Shown one piece after another: positions 24,326 to 36,540 of a stretch of 64,000 nt of DNA; the first letter of the stretch is position 1; every line of letters begins with the position of its first letter. The stretch lies in contig CDMY01000391.1 of NCBI GenBank assembly GCA_001179505.1, positions 1 to 64,000 of the forward strand. Direction: 5' to 3'. Source of the DNA: Vitrella brassicaformis CCMP3155. Lineage: Eukaryota; Protista; Chromerida. The position numbers and the translations under genes were made by a program. A model generated the notes under the pieces. It had not been told where the DNA came from, made no database searches, and saw nothing but the letters and a program-made list of their open reading frames with translations.

Positions 24326-24832
24326 GCAAATGAGCACAAGGGTGTGGGTGTGATGGTGGGTGTGGTGTGAGCAAGGCAATCAGATCTGACCTTGCCCATG
24401 TTGACGGCTTCGAGTTTGGCGAGCTCCTCCATGTTGGCCTCGATGAGCTGCGCGATAGTCATGAGGATGTCGATGCGCTGCTCGCGAGTGGTCTTGGACC
24501 ACTGCGGGAAGGCCGACTGGGCCGCCTTGACTGCCGCATCCACATCAGCATTGCCGGACAGGGGCACCGTGGCGAGGGCCTTGCCCGTCGCTGGGTTGAA
24601 GGCCTGGGCCGTCTTGCCCTCCTGCGTCTCGACGAACTGGTTGTTGACGTAGTTCTTGATCACCTGCACACACACATACCACATGCACACCTGGCGAAAC
24701 ATGAAACGCTCACATGCCGGCAGGACAGCTGTTCGGCTGCATCTGCCCTGCTCTTTCGTCCACTCTCCGTCGGGCATCTACTCTTTTCTCTCTCTCTCCA
24801 TCCCCCCACCCCAGCGCACCCACCTGCGTCAT
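22587..24832 (-). CDS. Aldehyde dehydrogenase-fold protein (ALDH8A1/2-hydroxymuconate semialdehyde DH-like) lacking canonical catalytic residues
   Basis: Eight spliced exons from MTQVIKNYVNN to EIKTVCINISGGNTTLG*. ALDH motifs: FNPATG, PVGVVAII, PALAMGNTVVAKP, LPPGVFNVVYG, GYVWVNSWLIRDLRMPFGG. Subfamily call rests on the WLIRDL..PFGG motif. Confidence 0.9.
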
Positions 24833-26099
24833 CTTGCTGGCTGCGAGATGGGCTTGAAGATCAATCGAATTCGGCAGATGCAGCAGTGCGGAGGGTGCAG
24901 CACACAGACAGAAAGACAGTGGTAGCCACGCGGGACGGCACAACGTCGTCAGCGTCCAGTGCTGATGTAGCTCGCACTGGGCTAGGACATTCTGTGAAAC
25001 TGCTCCCCGAAGTCAAGAAGCGCAAACTGGAGGAAAACTCGTGAGGGGAGCGCGGCCGTGCTTTCTCATACGAGACGACTGCGGTGACCAGAACCCACCC
25101 AGTCACAGACCATTCCTCTCTCTGTGGGTGGTCTGGTCCGATGAAAGTGCGCGAGTGCGAGTAATCGGACGGCACAAGTGCGGGAGCTGGTGAAGTGGTC
25201 CGTTCGCCAGCGATGCCCTCACTGTAAAGGAAGCCCAGGACCGGCACCGCCACCCGACTCGTGGTGGTGAAGTTTTCTCATTGCCCACCCGCACTGCCGG
25301 GCTGAGCCCTTCTCTTCTCTCTCGGACAGCTGGACCGCACCAACAAGGTAAGGTACGCACAGCCGCCGACACGACACAACACGACACCCAACATGCCCGA
25401 GACACGTATGTCGGGGTGTGTGTGTGTTCCCGTGTGTTGGAATGGTCATGCAGACTCTGCGCGCATTGCCAAGCCGACAGCCACCCGCGGAATTAAGCAG
25501 TCAGCGTCCGTCCGACGCCGCCAACAAGTCCGTCCGCGATCACTGATGCGCAAGGGAGAGGGGGGGACGGTGCGCGCGTGGCGTCTGAGGTCGGTCTCTC
25601 TGTCGCTGAGCCGCTCCCCTGGTGAGTCTCGCGACCCCTCCATCCATCCATCCATCCATTCCGCAGCCGACCAACACCACACCCGCCACCCCGACCAACA
25701 CAACACAAGACATCAACCAACCGATCTGGTGCCACTGGGCACCACCCCGTGACCTCTGCCAGCCATGCCGTCCATCAGGGAGACTCACTGCGTGTGTGCC
25801 GTGTGTGGATGCTGTGCGCCGCGCCCTGCTTCTCCAATCTCACGCCCTCGTCTTCTTGTGCACATCCATGTGTGTGTGTGTGTGTGTGTGTGCCTGTGTG
25901 TCAGGTCGCCGCTGAGTCGTCGGCGGTCGAGCTGTCAGTAACAGCCATCGCTGCATTGGTGTGTCCATTTTTGGGGGCCGCTGCACGGGTCAGATGATGG
26001 CGCCTCAGTCAGATACTCTGTTATCGTGTGATTGAGAGTGCAATCGCTCCTTGCAGTGGGTGCTGCCTTCGTAAGCCTTCAAGCGGCTGGTGCGGCTGG

Positions 26100-26918
26100 G
26101 CAGCCTTCAAGCGACACGACGATGCCGGGGATGAGGAAGAGGACATTGACGCCATGTGGGAAGAGGCCAAGAAGGACGACAGTGTGGCGCTCCCGCACCC
26201 TCCTGTGTCGCATCACCCTTACGTTGCCACGGCGCCGTACGGCCAGCCGCCACCGCCCCCCTACCCCGGCCTCTACGCGCACAACGGCTGGGCGCCTTCC
26301 TCCCTGGCCATGCCGCCGCATATGCCGCATACCGTCAGATACGCTGCCGGTGAGCGAAGGCATCCACGCTTATAAGCATTGATGCCATGGCAGGCATCTA
26401 TGTATTAGGGGTCATCGTGCAGATGAGTGGTCAGGAGCGGCAGCCCCTCTTCCGGACAGATATGTGCAAGTACCACCTGCAGGGCTACTGCGGCCACGGG
26501 CAACATGTACAGCTACGACACATGGATGGATGGATGGATGGAAGCCGGTGTTGGCTATTGGGTGTTGGTTGTGGATGTGTGTGTGCAGTGTCGATTTGCC
26601 CACGTCGCCGACCAGCTCGTCAAGAGAGGGAGGGGCGGCAACAACCCGGGCAGTTCGAAGAAGGCCAAGAAGGAAAGACAGCGCAGGAACCGGTGAGTTC
26701 GATAACAAAGCTGCACCAAGGCAAACGTGTCCGTCAGTTGAATCGCTCGCGTCGTTCCAAATCTGGCCTCCTGTTGGTTCTGCAGGCGTGCACGAGGTGC
26801 ACGAGATGCAGCGGCGGTGACCAATGACGGCGAGGTCGACGACGATGTGTGTGTGAGTGAATGCGATGAAGTGATGCCTTGTCTGGAAAGTGGGCAGTGG
26901 ACGGTTGCCTGTGAGTAG
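26100..26918 (+). CDS. CCCH zinc-finger protein (one finger, Pro-rich N-terminal region, basic tail)
   Basis: Spliced FRTDMCKYHLQGYCGHGQH|CRFAH fits C-x7-C-x5-C-x3-H, followed by KKAKKERQRRNR. Start uncertain. Confidence 0.75.
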
Positions 26919-28504
26919 AGGTCAACATCTGAGTGCGCGTGAGAGACCACAAGTCTATCCATCCAGATGAATGACACCAGTTTGTGTGGGCATGTGGTTA
27001 ATACTGCGGGCTCGTGCGTAATGGCCCGCATCAGAATGGGCGTGTCAATCTGATTAGCGAATGACTGTACAGCTCATCTGCAGTGCACACCGCTGTCGAT
27101 TCACTCACGCACTCGCTCACTGGCCAGTCGCCATGGTCTTCTTTCTGTGCCACACACACACAAGGGCCAATTCACGCACTAGGGTACACCCACACACACA
27201 CACACACACTCACACTCACACGCATTTCTCTCCGTCCACCAGCGAGTTGAATTCATCCGTCGAGAGGGCCACGCAGGTCACGCAGCAAGAGCAAGACACA
27301 CTGGTCAACACACACACACATAGGCAACGCATTCAGTCAGCCAGCCTTCAGATGCGCATGTGCACATCCGTGTAGGAGTGAGTGAGTGCACTGACCTGCA
27401 CTTGGCTGCCTGTCTGTAGCGAACCACCGGCACACACAGCAACAGAGTGATGGTAAGGGGAGGAGGCAACAGGCGGATAGACAGACAGAGAGACCGACAG
27501 ACAGAGAGAGACCGCTGCTGCTCGCCGTGTGGGTGTCCTGTCCGTCTGCAAGACAGACGTCGACACGCACAGTGCGACACAGACAACAACGCCGAACACC
27601 GGCCAGTTCGGCGTGTGTGTAGGTACGTATGTCGAACGAAGGCCACCCACCCCTCGCCTCGGGCGTGTCACTGTAGTAGACAGCCAAGCAAGTAGGCAGA
27701 GTGAAAACATCATGAGAACGCCGTTTCAGTTGTCTTGCGGCCCCCTCCTTGTCCGCCCGCCCCAGTGGATCGATCAATCCCACAACAAATGGATGGTTTC
27801 TCAGTCCGCCCACAGCCCCACTGAACCGACAGACCAACAACCCACACAGATCGACAGACAGACAGACGGCCACGTGCAGCTCGGTGGCCGCACTGCCGTC
27901 TGTCTCTCCGTCCTGCCCGCCTGCCTGCGCTCACCAGCCACCCAGCCGCCCGGCCAGCAGCCACAAATGGACAAAACGCCACCGAGCGACCGGATCGCGA
28001 GAGGGAATGCTCTCGGCATCGTGGGTGTGTGTATGTATGCATCTGGATGATGATATAAGGGCAATAAACACCGCTGAGGAAATCAAGAGAAATGACAGTA
28101 AGGAACACACACACACACAGAGAGAGAGAGAGAGGTGTTAGCTAGGTTGAAAAGGGGGAATGCAGCCGAGTGAGGGAGTGAGCAGCGATGCTGGATGCTG
28201 TCACCCCTTCTGTGCTGGCAGAGAGGCTAGGGGAGGAGCTAGACACGCACACCACACCACACCACACCACACACCACCCAGGTATACCATTGAAAGACAC
28301 AAATACAGCCCCACCACTCACATGCACACATACATAGTTAGTTACAGGCGATAACCCCCAGGGATAAATAGACCGACCGGCTCTCAACAAATTTCGCCCC
28401 TCTCCGCCCCGCCCCCTCTCGCCATGATGCCCCACTGCTGCCCCCACAGGCATACTCAGGCCGGACACACATCATAACATCATATCACAACACAGCACAA
28501 GACA

Positions 28505-28537
<33 letters not shown>

Positions 28538-29111
28538 TGTGTGCAGCCACACATGGGGAGACAGCGAGGCAGGGAGGCAGTACCGACAGCATAGCCCGCC
28601 TACCTACCTACCATGGTGAGTGAGTAGGACCGAAAAAAGGCACCCCATCCATCCCACATGACATCCCATGACATCGCTCCTCAAAATCAGTGCCATCCAT
28701 CCATCATGGAGAGGGAGGAATCACCATGCAAGCAAGCTGCCCCCATGTAATGTAAGTGTGTCTCCTTCCCCGTGTCAGTTAGTCCCTCTCCCCCCCCCCC
28801 TCTCTCTCCGGTTGTCTCCTGAAGGGGAGTGACTGCACCCATTATCCGTCCATTTAGGCAGGCAGGCAGGCAGGCAGGCCATGCACACAAAGGAAAAAAC
28901 ACCAGGCAGAGCAGGGCAGCTCGCATCATTCTACTGTAAACCATCCATCCATCCATCGCCACACCAACCAGCCGGGCAGCCAGCCAGGCAGGCAGGCAGG
29001 CAGCCAGGCAGGCATCAGCTCCACTACCCTCACTCACTCACCCACAACGAACGACGCCCATGCAGGCGTGCGTGCCAAAAAGGGGCAACATTGTTCCCAT
29101 CCCTCCCCCCC

Positions 29112-29411
29112 NNNNNNNNNNNNNNNNNNNNNNNNNNNNNNNNNNNNNNNNNNNNNNNNNNNNNNNNNNNNNNNNNNNNNNNNNNNNNNNNNNNNNNNNN
29201 NNNNNNNNNNNNNNNNNNNNNNNNNNNNNNNNNNNNNNNNNNNNNNNNNNNNNNNNNNNNNNNNNNNNNNNNNNNNNNNNNNNNNNNNNNNNNNNNNNNN
29301 NNNNNNNNNNNNNNNNNNNNNNNNNNNNNNNNNNNNNNNNNNNNNNNNNNNNNNNNNNNNNNNNNNNNNNNNNNNNNNNNNNNNNNNNNNNNNNNNNNNN
29401 NNNNNNNNNNN
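29112..29411. other. Assembly gap (300 N)
   Basis: Run of N. Confidence 1.
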
Positions 29412-30288
29412 GCCCCTCCCTCTTGTGTGTGTGATGGGTGGGATGCACAGTGAATGATGCGTGCGTCCGGGTGTGGAGTGGATGGCAAAATTCACTTGGT
29501 GGAAATGTCCGTCCCGTCCGTGAGAAGACTTGATCCACTCAGAACGAGCGGGCGAGCGAGGTGGGAGCACTAGACTAGACATGACAGACAGACAGACAGA
29601 CAGACATTATGGCCGTTCTTGCTCGCTCCCTAGCTAGCTGGTTAGCTGGTTGGCTGGCTGGCTGACTGGCTGCATGCAGCACGCGTCGTACGTGTGCATG
29701 CAATTGTCAGGAACAAACAAAAAAACAAGCAAACAAGAGGCGGCCAGGGTCAGGTCAACTGAACAAACGAAAAGGCAGCAGCCGACCAGGCAGGCAGGCA
29801 GGCAGGCAGGCAGATGTGTGAGTGTTATGTACAACAGGTCCCTCCCACCCCCTTCCACGTGCGTGCGGATGAAGTGTAATTATGTGGTGTACACATAGCC
29901 CCCTCCCGCTCCCTCTCTCTCTCCCTCCCTCTCTCCTTCCCAAGACACACACGCGCATAAGGTGGACTGACTGACCCCCAAGGCACACACGACAGGCGCA
30001 TAAACAGACTCACTCACTCACTCACTCACCGACACATCATCATCAGCAACCAACAAATCATGCAGTCACTCTGCCCTGCCCACCCTCCCTTTCCCTCCCT
30101 GACCGCCCCATTTCACTCATTCATTCATTCATGTCATGTAGCGGGCCTAAGTGAGACAAGCAACCGTCCTACCCCTAGACCCATCACTCCCTTGTCCCCA
30201 CCCTCCCTCTCCTCTGTCGGCCATCAGCATCCGTATGCACCTACATGACGACCGCGACCGCCCGCCGTTGACCTCCGCCCTGGATGGC

Positions 30289-32026
30289 TCATTCTTCATA
30301 CTGCTCCGGCTCCGCCTGCCGCAGCACTGCACCACCACACACACACGCACACACACACAGAGGCACAACGACCATCTATCCAGTGTGTTCGTTGCCCCTC
30401 TCTGTCTGTGTCTATGTGCTCTCCCTCCCTCCCTCCCTCCCTCGCTCCCGCTCCCACCCTGCTCATTGCAGTTGACGGCCATCTGTGACGCCAGCGGGCC
30501 AGGAACCTGGCCTGAGCCATCCACACCTCCACTCGGCTGCTGACTCTGCTGCTGAGTCTGCCGCTGCCGCTGCTGCTGCTGCTGCAAAGCCACACCGCCC
30601 CCCACACCAGATCCACCACACCCGGCAGCCATCCCGACAGCCTGCGGCAGCTGCTGCGGCTTGACGCTGCCCAGGAGAGCCAGCACAAAGACATTGGCGC
30701 CCGGGTCGCTGCTGGTCACAAACGGCACGTTGCCCTGGTGGTGCACGACGGGCGACAGGGGGGCGGGGGCGGGGGCGAGCATCTGTGGGTGTGCCGCTGT
30801 GTGCATCGTCTGCATGACGGGCGACTCACTCTCGACTGCGTAGCTGGTGAGATTGCCATTGGGCAGCGGGAAGGTGACGGACCGGTCGTAAATGGGCTTG
30901 TGTGACGGTGGGGGTGGGGGTGGCGGTGGGGGTGAAGAGACGTGCGTGTCGCCTCGATCTGAGGCGCCGACGCTGGGGGCAGAGGTGCTGCTGTTGTCGG
31001 TGCTGTCGGTGCGACGGTCGGGGGGCGACGGCGGGATGAGTGGAGGCATCTCGCGCTTCAGCGCTTCGTGGTCCTCACTGATTGATGGAGATTGACGACA
31101 CACAATGCGGCACTTGTGTGTGTGTGGGATGCGGTTGCTCGCTCACCTTTCTGAGTGTCGCCATCGGCAGCTGCATCAACCAAACAGCACCGCACCCACA
31201 GAAAGACAGACACAAACAGAGCCATATACGGTGTTGTGTGCTGTCAGTCTGTCTGTCTGTCAGGCTCTCCTCATCTGTCTGTGTACTTGGGGTTCTCGCA
31301 GTGTCCGCTGAGCCACTCTCGGCAGGGGACGGTGCGGTCGAAGATGGGCGTGGCCCGCAACTCGCTTTTGCTGTGCGCAAACTCACATTGGGGGTTGGTG
31401 CAGGCGCCCCACTGACATGTCAGACACCACACATACAGAGAGAGAGAGAGAGGCGGCAGCATGAGTTCAGTGTCGGTGTGTTTGCTGCCTGCCTGCCTGC
31501 CTGACTGGCTGGCTGGCTGGCTGGCTGACCCTGGTGAGTGCGGGGCAGATGGATGTGCATCGCAGGGAGGGCCGCTGACGCAACTCGTGGATGCCCTGAC
31601 AACCGCACAAACAAATGGTGTGTGTCGCATCCCGTGTGTGTGGTGGCTGGCCGCTCCCTCGCTCGTTCACTCACGTGTGCGAATCTGCAGTTGGGGAAGT
31701 CGCACCGTCCCTGCTCATACCACCGACACAACCTGATGGATGGATGGATGGATGGTGGACAGACAGACAGGCACGACACACATGAACGAGGCAAGACAGA
31801 CAGACAGTGAGTCGCTGTTTGTCCACGTGACGTGCGTGTCTGTCGTGCAGTTAGTTCTTCTCTGACCGGGTCTTCCTGAACTGCTCGTGGTACATCTGAC
31901 ACACACACACACACGACAGCGGGACAAGCAAATGGACATGCGTGCTGCTCTTCAATTTGGTGCTGGTTGTGTGCTTGCCTGGTCAAAGTCCCGTCTGAAG
32001 CTGCGCCGCGTCATCTTGTTGTCCAT
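30289..32026 (-). CDS. Tandem triple CCCH zinc-finger RNA-binding protein
   Basis: FRKTRLCRWYEQGRCDFPNCRFAH; CPALTRWGACTNPQCEFAH; CREWLSGHCENPNCRWRH; then a P/Q-rich region and terminal VLRQAEPEQYEE*. Confidence 0.85.
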
Positions 32027-32385
32027 AGACTAACAGCACTCACTCAGCTCAGTCACTCAGCGACTCAGTCACCAGCACCAACAGACTCAGAGTAGAGAGA
32101 AAAGAGTGTCAGCAGCCCCAACTCGCTCTCACTCAGCCCGAGCGGCGGGCAGGACGGAAGCCAAGCCACAACCAAGAGGCCGATGATGATGTGACGCCAA
32201 CAATTGCAGTCGACCGTCGCTGTTCCTCCGGTGAGTGAGAAGGCGACAGATTGTGTGTGAAGGGCGCGGGAAGCTGTCAAGGACGAGGGAATCTGCCCTG
32301 ATCTGAAGGAGTTGCGCATATCTCATAAATCTTGAAGCTCGCATTTTTCTGCGACTTTAGCTCGCAGATCTGATGCATCTGAGCC

Positions 32386-33309
32386 ATGGGCGTTCAACTC
32401 AGCGCCCCTCTGTGCCCCTGTGCGAAGCGAAGTGGCAAACAGCGGAACCGTGAAGACGAAAGCTTCATTTGCAGCTGCTTCCTGGTGCAGGCGGATCGGT
32501 CACGAAATGACTCATCCATCCGCTCATTCGTTCATCCCGGCGGCTTCCTGTGTGTGTGTGTGTCCTCTCTCTCAGACGCATGGCTACTTCCTCAAGGCCC
32601 GGTGTGTGCACATCGACTGTCCGGACGACTCCTCATGGCGAGATCTCGAGCCCGTCGTCAGGGAGGAGCTCGAGAGGCAGCGGCAGCACCGCATCGATTG
32701 CATCGCCCAGGCCCCTGGCCGCATCCACAGAATCAGAGAGCGGTATCGGCCGAGGGACGCCGAGCTGTTCGACTGGTCCGACGGCCGGTGGCTGCACGAG
32801 GCCTGCATCGATGTGCTGTCTAGGAGTGGCTGGGAGGCTAAGGGGAGAGGGAGGGCGGTGGTCGAGCAGCATAGAGGCGGGCGGTTCCCCGTCGTGTCGA
32901 TGCCGGTCTTCAGGTAGGCACACGGTGAGTAAGTGAGTGAGGTGCCGGTGTGTCGTGTGTCCTTGGTTGCCTCACTCAGCGATGAGTTTCTCCGGCGATT
33001 TGCCGATGAGCTGACATACTTCCGCTCGCTTGGGCTGCACACGACCAAGTGAGCAAAGCAGAGCAGAGGACGGCTGGATGAGGTCCAGGCAGACAATCCG
33101 TCTGTGTCTGTCTGTGTGTGTGTGTGTGTGCCTGTAGGCCGAACTCGATGAATGACGGTGGCGTGCTGATGCGTGAGATGGGCATGGACGCCTTCTTTGA
33201 TGGGCTGCTGGCTGACGTCCTCACTCCCACAGCCCACCGGCTGCACCTGCTGCCGCCAGACGCCACGCTCGACTCCCACAAGACATTTACCGTCGTCTAT
33301 CAGCACCCA
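32386..33309 (+). CDS. OGFOD2: OGFOD2-like 2OG-Fe(II) dioxygenase, 5' part (runs into gap)
   Basis: SMPVF-S-DEFLRRFADEL..F...RPNSMNDGGVL.EMG.D...LDSHKTFTVVY matches the OGFOD2 family pattern RPNTMNNYGVLL.ELG...LDSHRAFVVKY. Confidence 0.8.
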
Positions 33310-33609
33310 NNNNNNNNNNNNNNNNNNNNNNNNNNNNNNNNNNNNNNNNNNNNNNNNNNNNNNNNNNNNNNNNNNNNNNNNNNNNNNNNNNNNNNNNNNN
33401 NNNNNNNNNNNNNNNNNNNNNNNNNNNNNNNNNNNNNNNNNNNNNNNNNNNNNNNNNNNNNNNNNNNNNNNNNNNNNNNNNNNNNNNNNNNNNNNNNNNN
33501 NNNNNNNNNNNNNNNNNNNNNNNNNNNNNNNNNNNNNNNNNNNNNNNNNNNNNNNNNNNNNNNNNNNNNNNNNNNNNNNNNNNNNNNNNNNNNNNNNNNN
33601 NNNNNNNNN
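33310..33609. other. Assembly gap (300 N)
   Basis: Run of N. Confidence 1.
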
Positions 33610-34354
33610 CTGTGTGTGGCGAGGAAGACAGCAGTAAGAGGGTGACAGTGATCGGCACACTTGAGTGAGAGAATGAGCCGGGAGGGAGGGAGGCAGGGAG
33701 GCAGGGGTGTTGATAGGGGTGCGTGAGTGTGGGAGGGGAGGGAAGACACACATAGTATTTATAGTGTGGTGTGGTGTGGTTCGCTGGCTGACATTTTGCC
33801 ACAGTGTGGTGTTTCTGAAAGGCTAACTAAGTCGAGGCGTGGAGAGGCCCCACTCACTCATTCATTGATCTGTGCCAGCCAATATAATGTGGTCGATCGT
33901 TTGGAGCGCTTGATGGAAAAGACAAAGGAAACGGTCCATCAATCCGTGAAATGAGTGCAACGCTGCAGCCAGGCCATGGACGTGACGTGCGCGGCCAACA
34001 CCACCCTCGACAGACAGACAGACAGACAGCCGATGGGATCACACAAACCACATAATTACAAACAAAATGACCATAATTGAAACTCTGTGTGTCCCCCCCT
34101 TGTGTGTGCCAACCCCTCTGTGTCCGTCCGTGTGTCTGTGTGTATCCCGCCTGTCTGAAAGAAATGGTGCTACTCGGCTATCTAATGCTGCCGGGGTGTG
34201 CCGGGGTGCGGTGCGGTGTGTGGGCTGCGTTGCATGGCAAGGGATGGGAGACAAGGGACACACCACACAACACAACACGTACACACACACGTCACCCACG
34301 TCACACACATCTTTCGTCGTGTCGCGCGTACCAGCCTGCTCATTCGAGCTCGTA

Positions 34355-35243
34355 TCAGTCTGTGAACTTCATTTTCGCCCCTGTCTGGCAGCAGCACTTT
34401 AGTCGGGCATCTCCTTGTGTTTCATAGTCCGTGCCGACCTACAGGCACACAGGCAGGCAGGCAGGCATGAAAACACACAAACAACGCTGACTGGACTGAC
34501 GATGTTCTTTGTCTGCATGGCATGCATGATCCCTCCCTTACGTACGATGAATGCGTAGAGCTTCTCCTTGAAGAAGACCTCTGTGGCGTCGAACAAGCAT
34601 TTCTTTTTTTGCTCGAGGCAGGTGACCTCTATCAGCCGGCCAGAACCCTCCCGCGCGCGCGACACAGCCTTGGCCACCTCCATCGGCTCCTAAACCCAGT
34701 AATACCCACGACATCACACACCACACATTCATCTATCGGCTGTTGTTTCGCAACGAGATGGTGCTGCACCCACCAGGTAGCATTTCCTCAGCTCCCTGGA
34801 AACACACACGATGGACACAGACACATACCAGGAGGGATCCATCCATCCATCCATCCATCCATCCATCCATCCATCCATTTTCCTCACCGGCTGGGCGCCT
34901 GTGGTGTCTGCGGCGTGTGTGTGAGAGTGCGTCGTGGGGCGAGGGTGGAGGGCGGTTGGGGTGCGGTCCCGACGGCGAATTCTCCGCCGAGGGCGCAGTC
35001 CTCCCTCTCGCAGGCGTCTGCATCTGCATCTGCACATCCATCCATCCATTCCGCCACACACATGGAGGGGATCCGTCCATCGCATCTCACCCCACCCCAT
35101 CAATATATGGCCACTGGCGTCTGGGACTTACCGAGGCCGTGGAGGCCGTGTTGGGTGTGGATCTCTTCGCCCGCCGCCAATGGGCCGCAGAGGGCAATGA
35201 GCGCAAACAGCAACGCCAACATCGCAGATCTGCCCGCCATCAT
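34355..35243 (-). CDS. Small secreted Cys-containing protein, arm-2 copy with a P/T-rich insert
   Basis: First 23 aa identical to the arm-1 copy; DADACEREDCALGGEFAVGTAPQPP...PSR / ELRKCYL / EPMEVAKAV...TCLEQKKKCLF...YAFI / VGTDYE...KFTD*. Confidence 0.7.
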
Positions 35244-35537
35244 TTTCTCGCTACGGTATTCTCGACGTTCGATCGGCCAGGAGGTTGTTGTAAACAGCGA
35301 TGACCAGACCTTCAGCCAAGCATGGTTTGCTTTGGACCAGACTGGCTCGGGAGGCCAGCAGCGCTCCCACAGCACTAGCTGTGCTCGGAAGTGCAGTGCA
35401 TCCGGCCGCGGGCGACAGTACAGTGTGAGTGCGCGTTGTGGTGCAGAGGACGGCTGGGTGAGGTCGAGGCAGTCTGAGACAATCGGTCTGTGTCTGTGTG
35501 TCTGTGTGTCTGTCTGTCTGTCTGTGAGTGCCTGTAG

Positions 35538-36159
35538 GCCGAACTCGATGAATGACGGTGGCGTGCTTAAGCGTGAGATGGGCATGGACGCCTTCTTCGG
35601 TCGGCTGCTGAGTGACGTCCTCACTCCCACAGCCCACCGGCTGCACCTGCTGCCGCCAGACGCCACGCTCGACTCCCACAAGACATTTACCGTCGTCTAT
35701 CAGCACCCAATGGTTGGTATGTGTTTGTGTGCGTGTGTATGCCCATCTGTCTGTCTCTCTACTTACTGTGGATATATGTCCGGTTTGGCTCACACCGTGT
35801 GTGTGCCTGTGTCATCTGTGTCATTCAGGGCGACGTTGACCTGGCGCCCCGCTTCGACAACGCAGTGAGTGAGTGGGGAGGAAGAGAGACGGTCACCATT
35901 CATTGAATGCATTGCTATGCTATGGGATGCCATTCGCCGGATGGTTTGGTTGTTGTCCGCTCTCTCTGTTTGCCGCCAGGAGGTGACACTCAACGTCAAC
36001 ATTGCCGGCGAGTTCACAGGGGGCGACTTGACCTTTCTCGGGCCTGACGAGGCGCTCGTGCCTGTGGGGCCATCTGAGAGAGAGGGCGACAGGCGCGCTG
36101 TGACGGTGGCACAGCGGCCGGGCATTGGGGTCGTCCACTCGGGATACGAGCGGCACCAG
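35538..36159 (+). pseudogene. OGFOD2: 5'-truncated OGFOD2-like copy; HxD motif reads RxD
   Basis: Begins in the intron before the RPNSMN exon. Exons GDVDLAPRFDNA / EVTLNVNIAGEFTGGDLTF...GVVHSGYERHQ; CGC at 35850-35852. Confidence 0.7.
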
Positions 36160-36240
36160 GCGAGTTGGGACGCCCCTCTCCCAGCCGTGCTGTGTGTACT
36201 GTGTGTGTCTGGATGGATGGATTGATGGTCAGGCTCAGAA

Positions 36241-36540
36241 NNNNNNNNNNNNNNNNNNNNNNNNNNNNNNNNNNNNNNNNNNNNNNNNNNNNNNNNNNNN
36301 NNNNNNNNNNNNNNNNNNNNNNNNNNNNNNNNNNNNNNNNNNNNNNNNNNNNNNNNNNNNNNNNNNNNNNNNNNNNNNNNNNNNNNNNNNNNNNNNNNNN
36401 NNNNNNNNNNNNNNNNNNNNNNNNNNNNNNNNNNNNNNNNNNNNNNNNNNNNNNNNNNNNNNNNNNNNNNNNNNNNNNNNNNNNNNNNNNNNNNNNNNNN
36501 NNNNNNNNNNNNNNNNNNNNNNNNNNNNNNNNNNNNNNNN
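36241..36540. other. Assembly gap (300 N)
   Basis: Run of N. Confidence 1.

Noticed and set aside
24850-25260. Short ORFs upstream of ALDH (KKRKLEENS; MAVPVLG...)
   Set aside because: No coherent gene model; probably UTR or promoter between divergent genes.
27000-30100. ORFs at 27.3-28.1 kb and ORFs spanning the N gap
   Set aside because: Low complexity or inflated by X residues.
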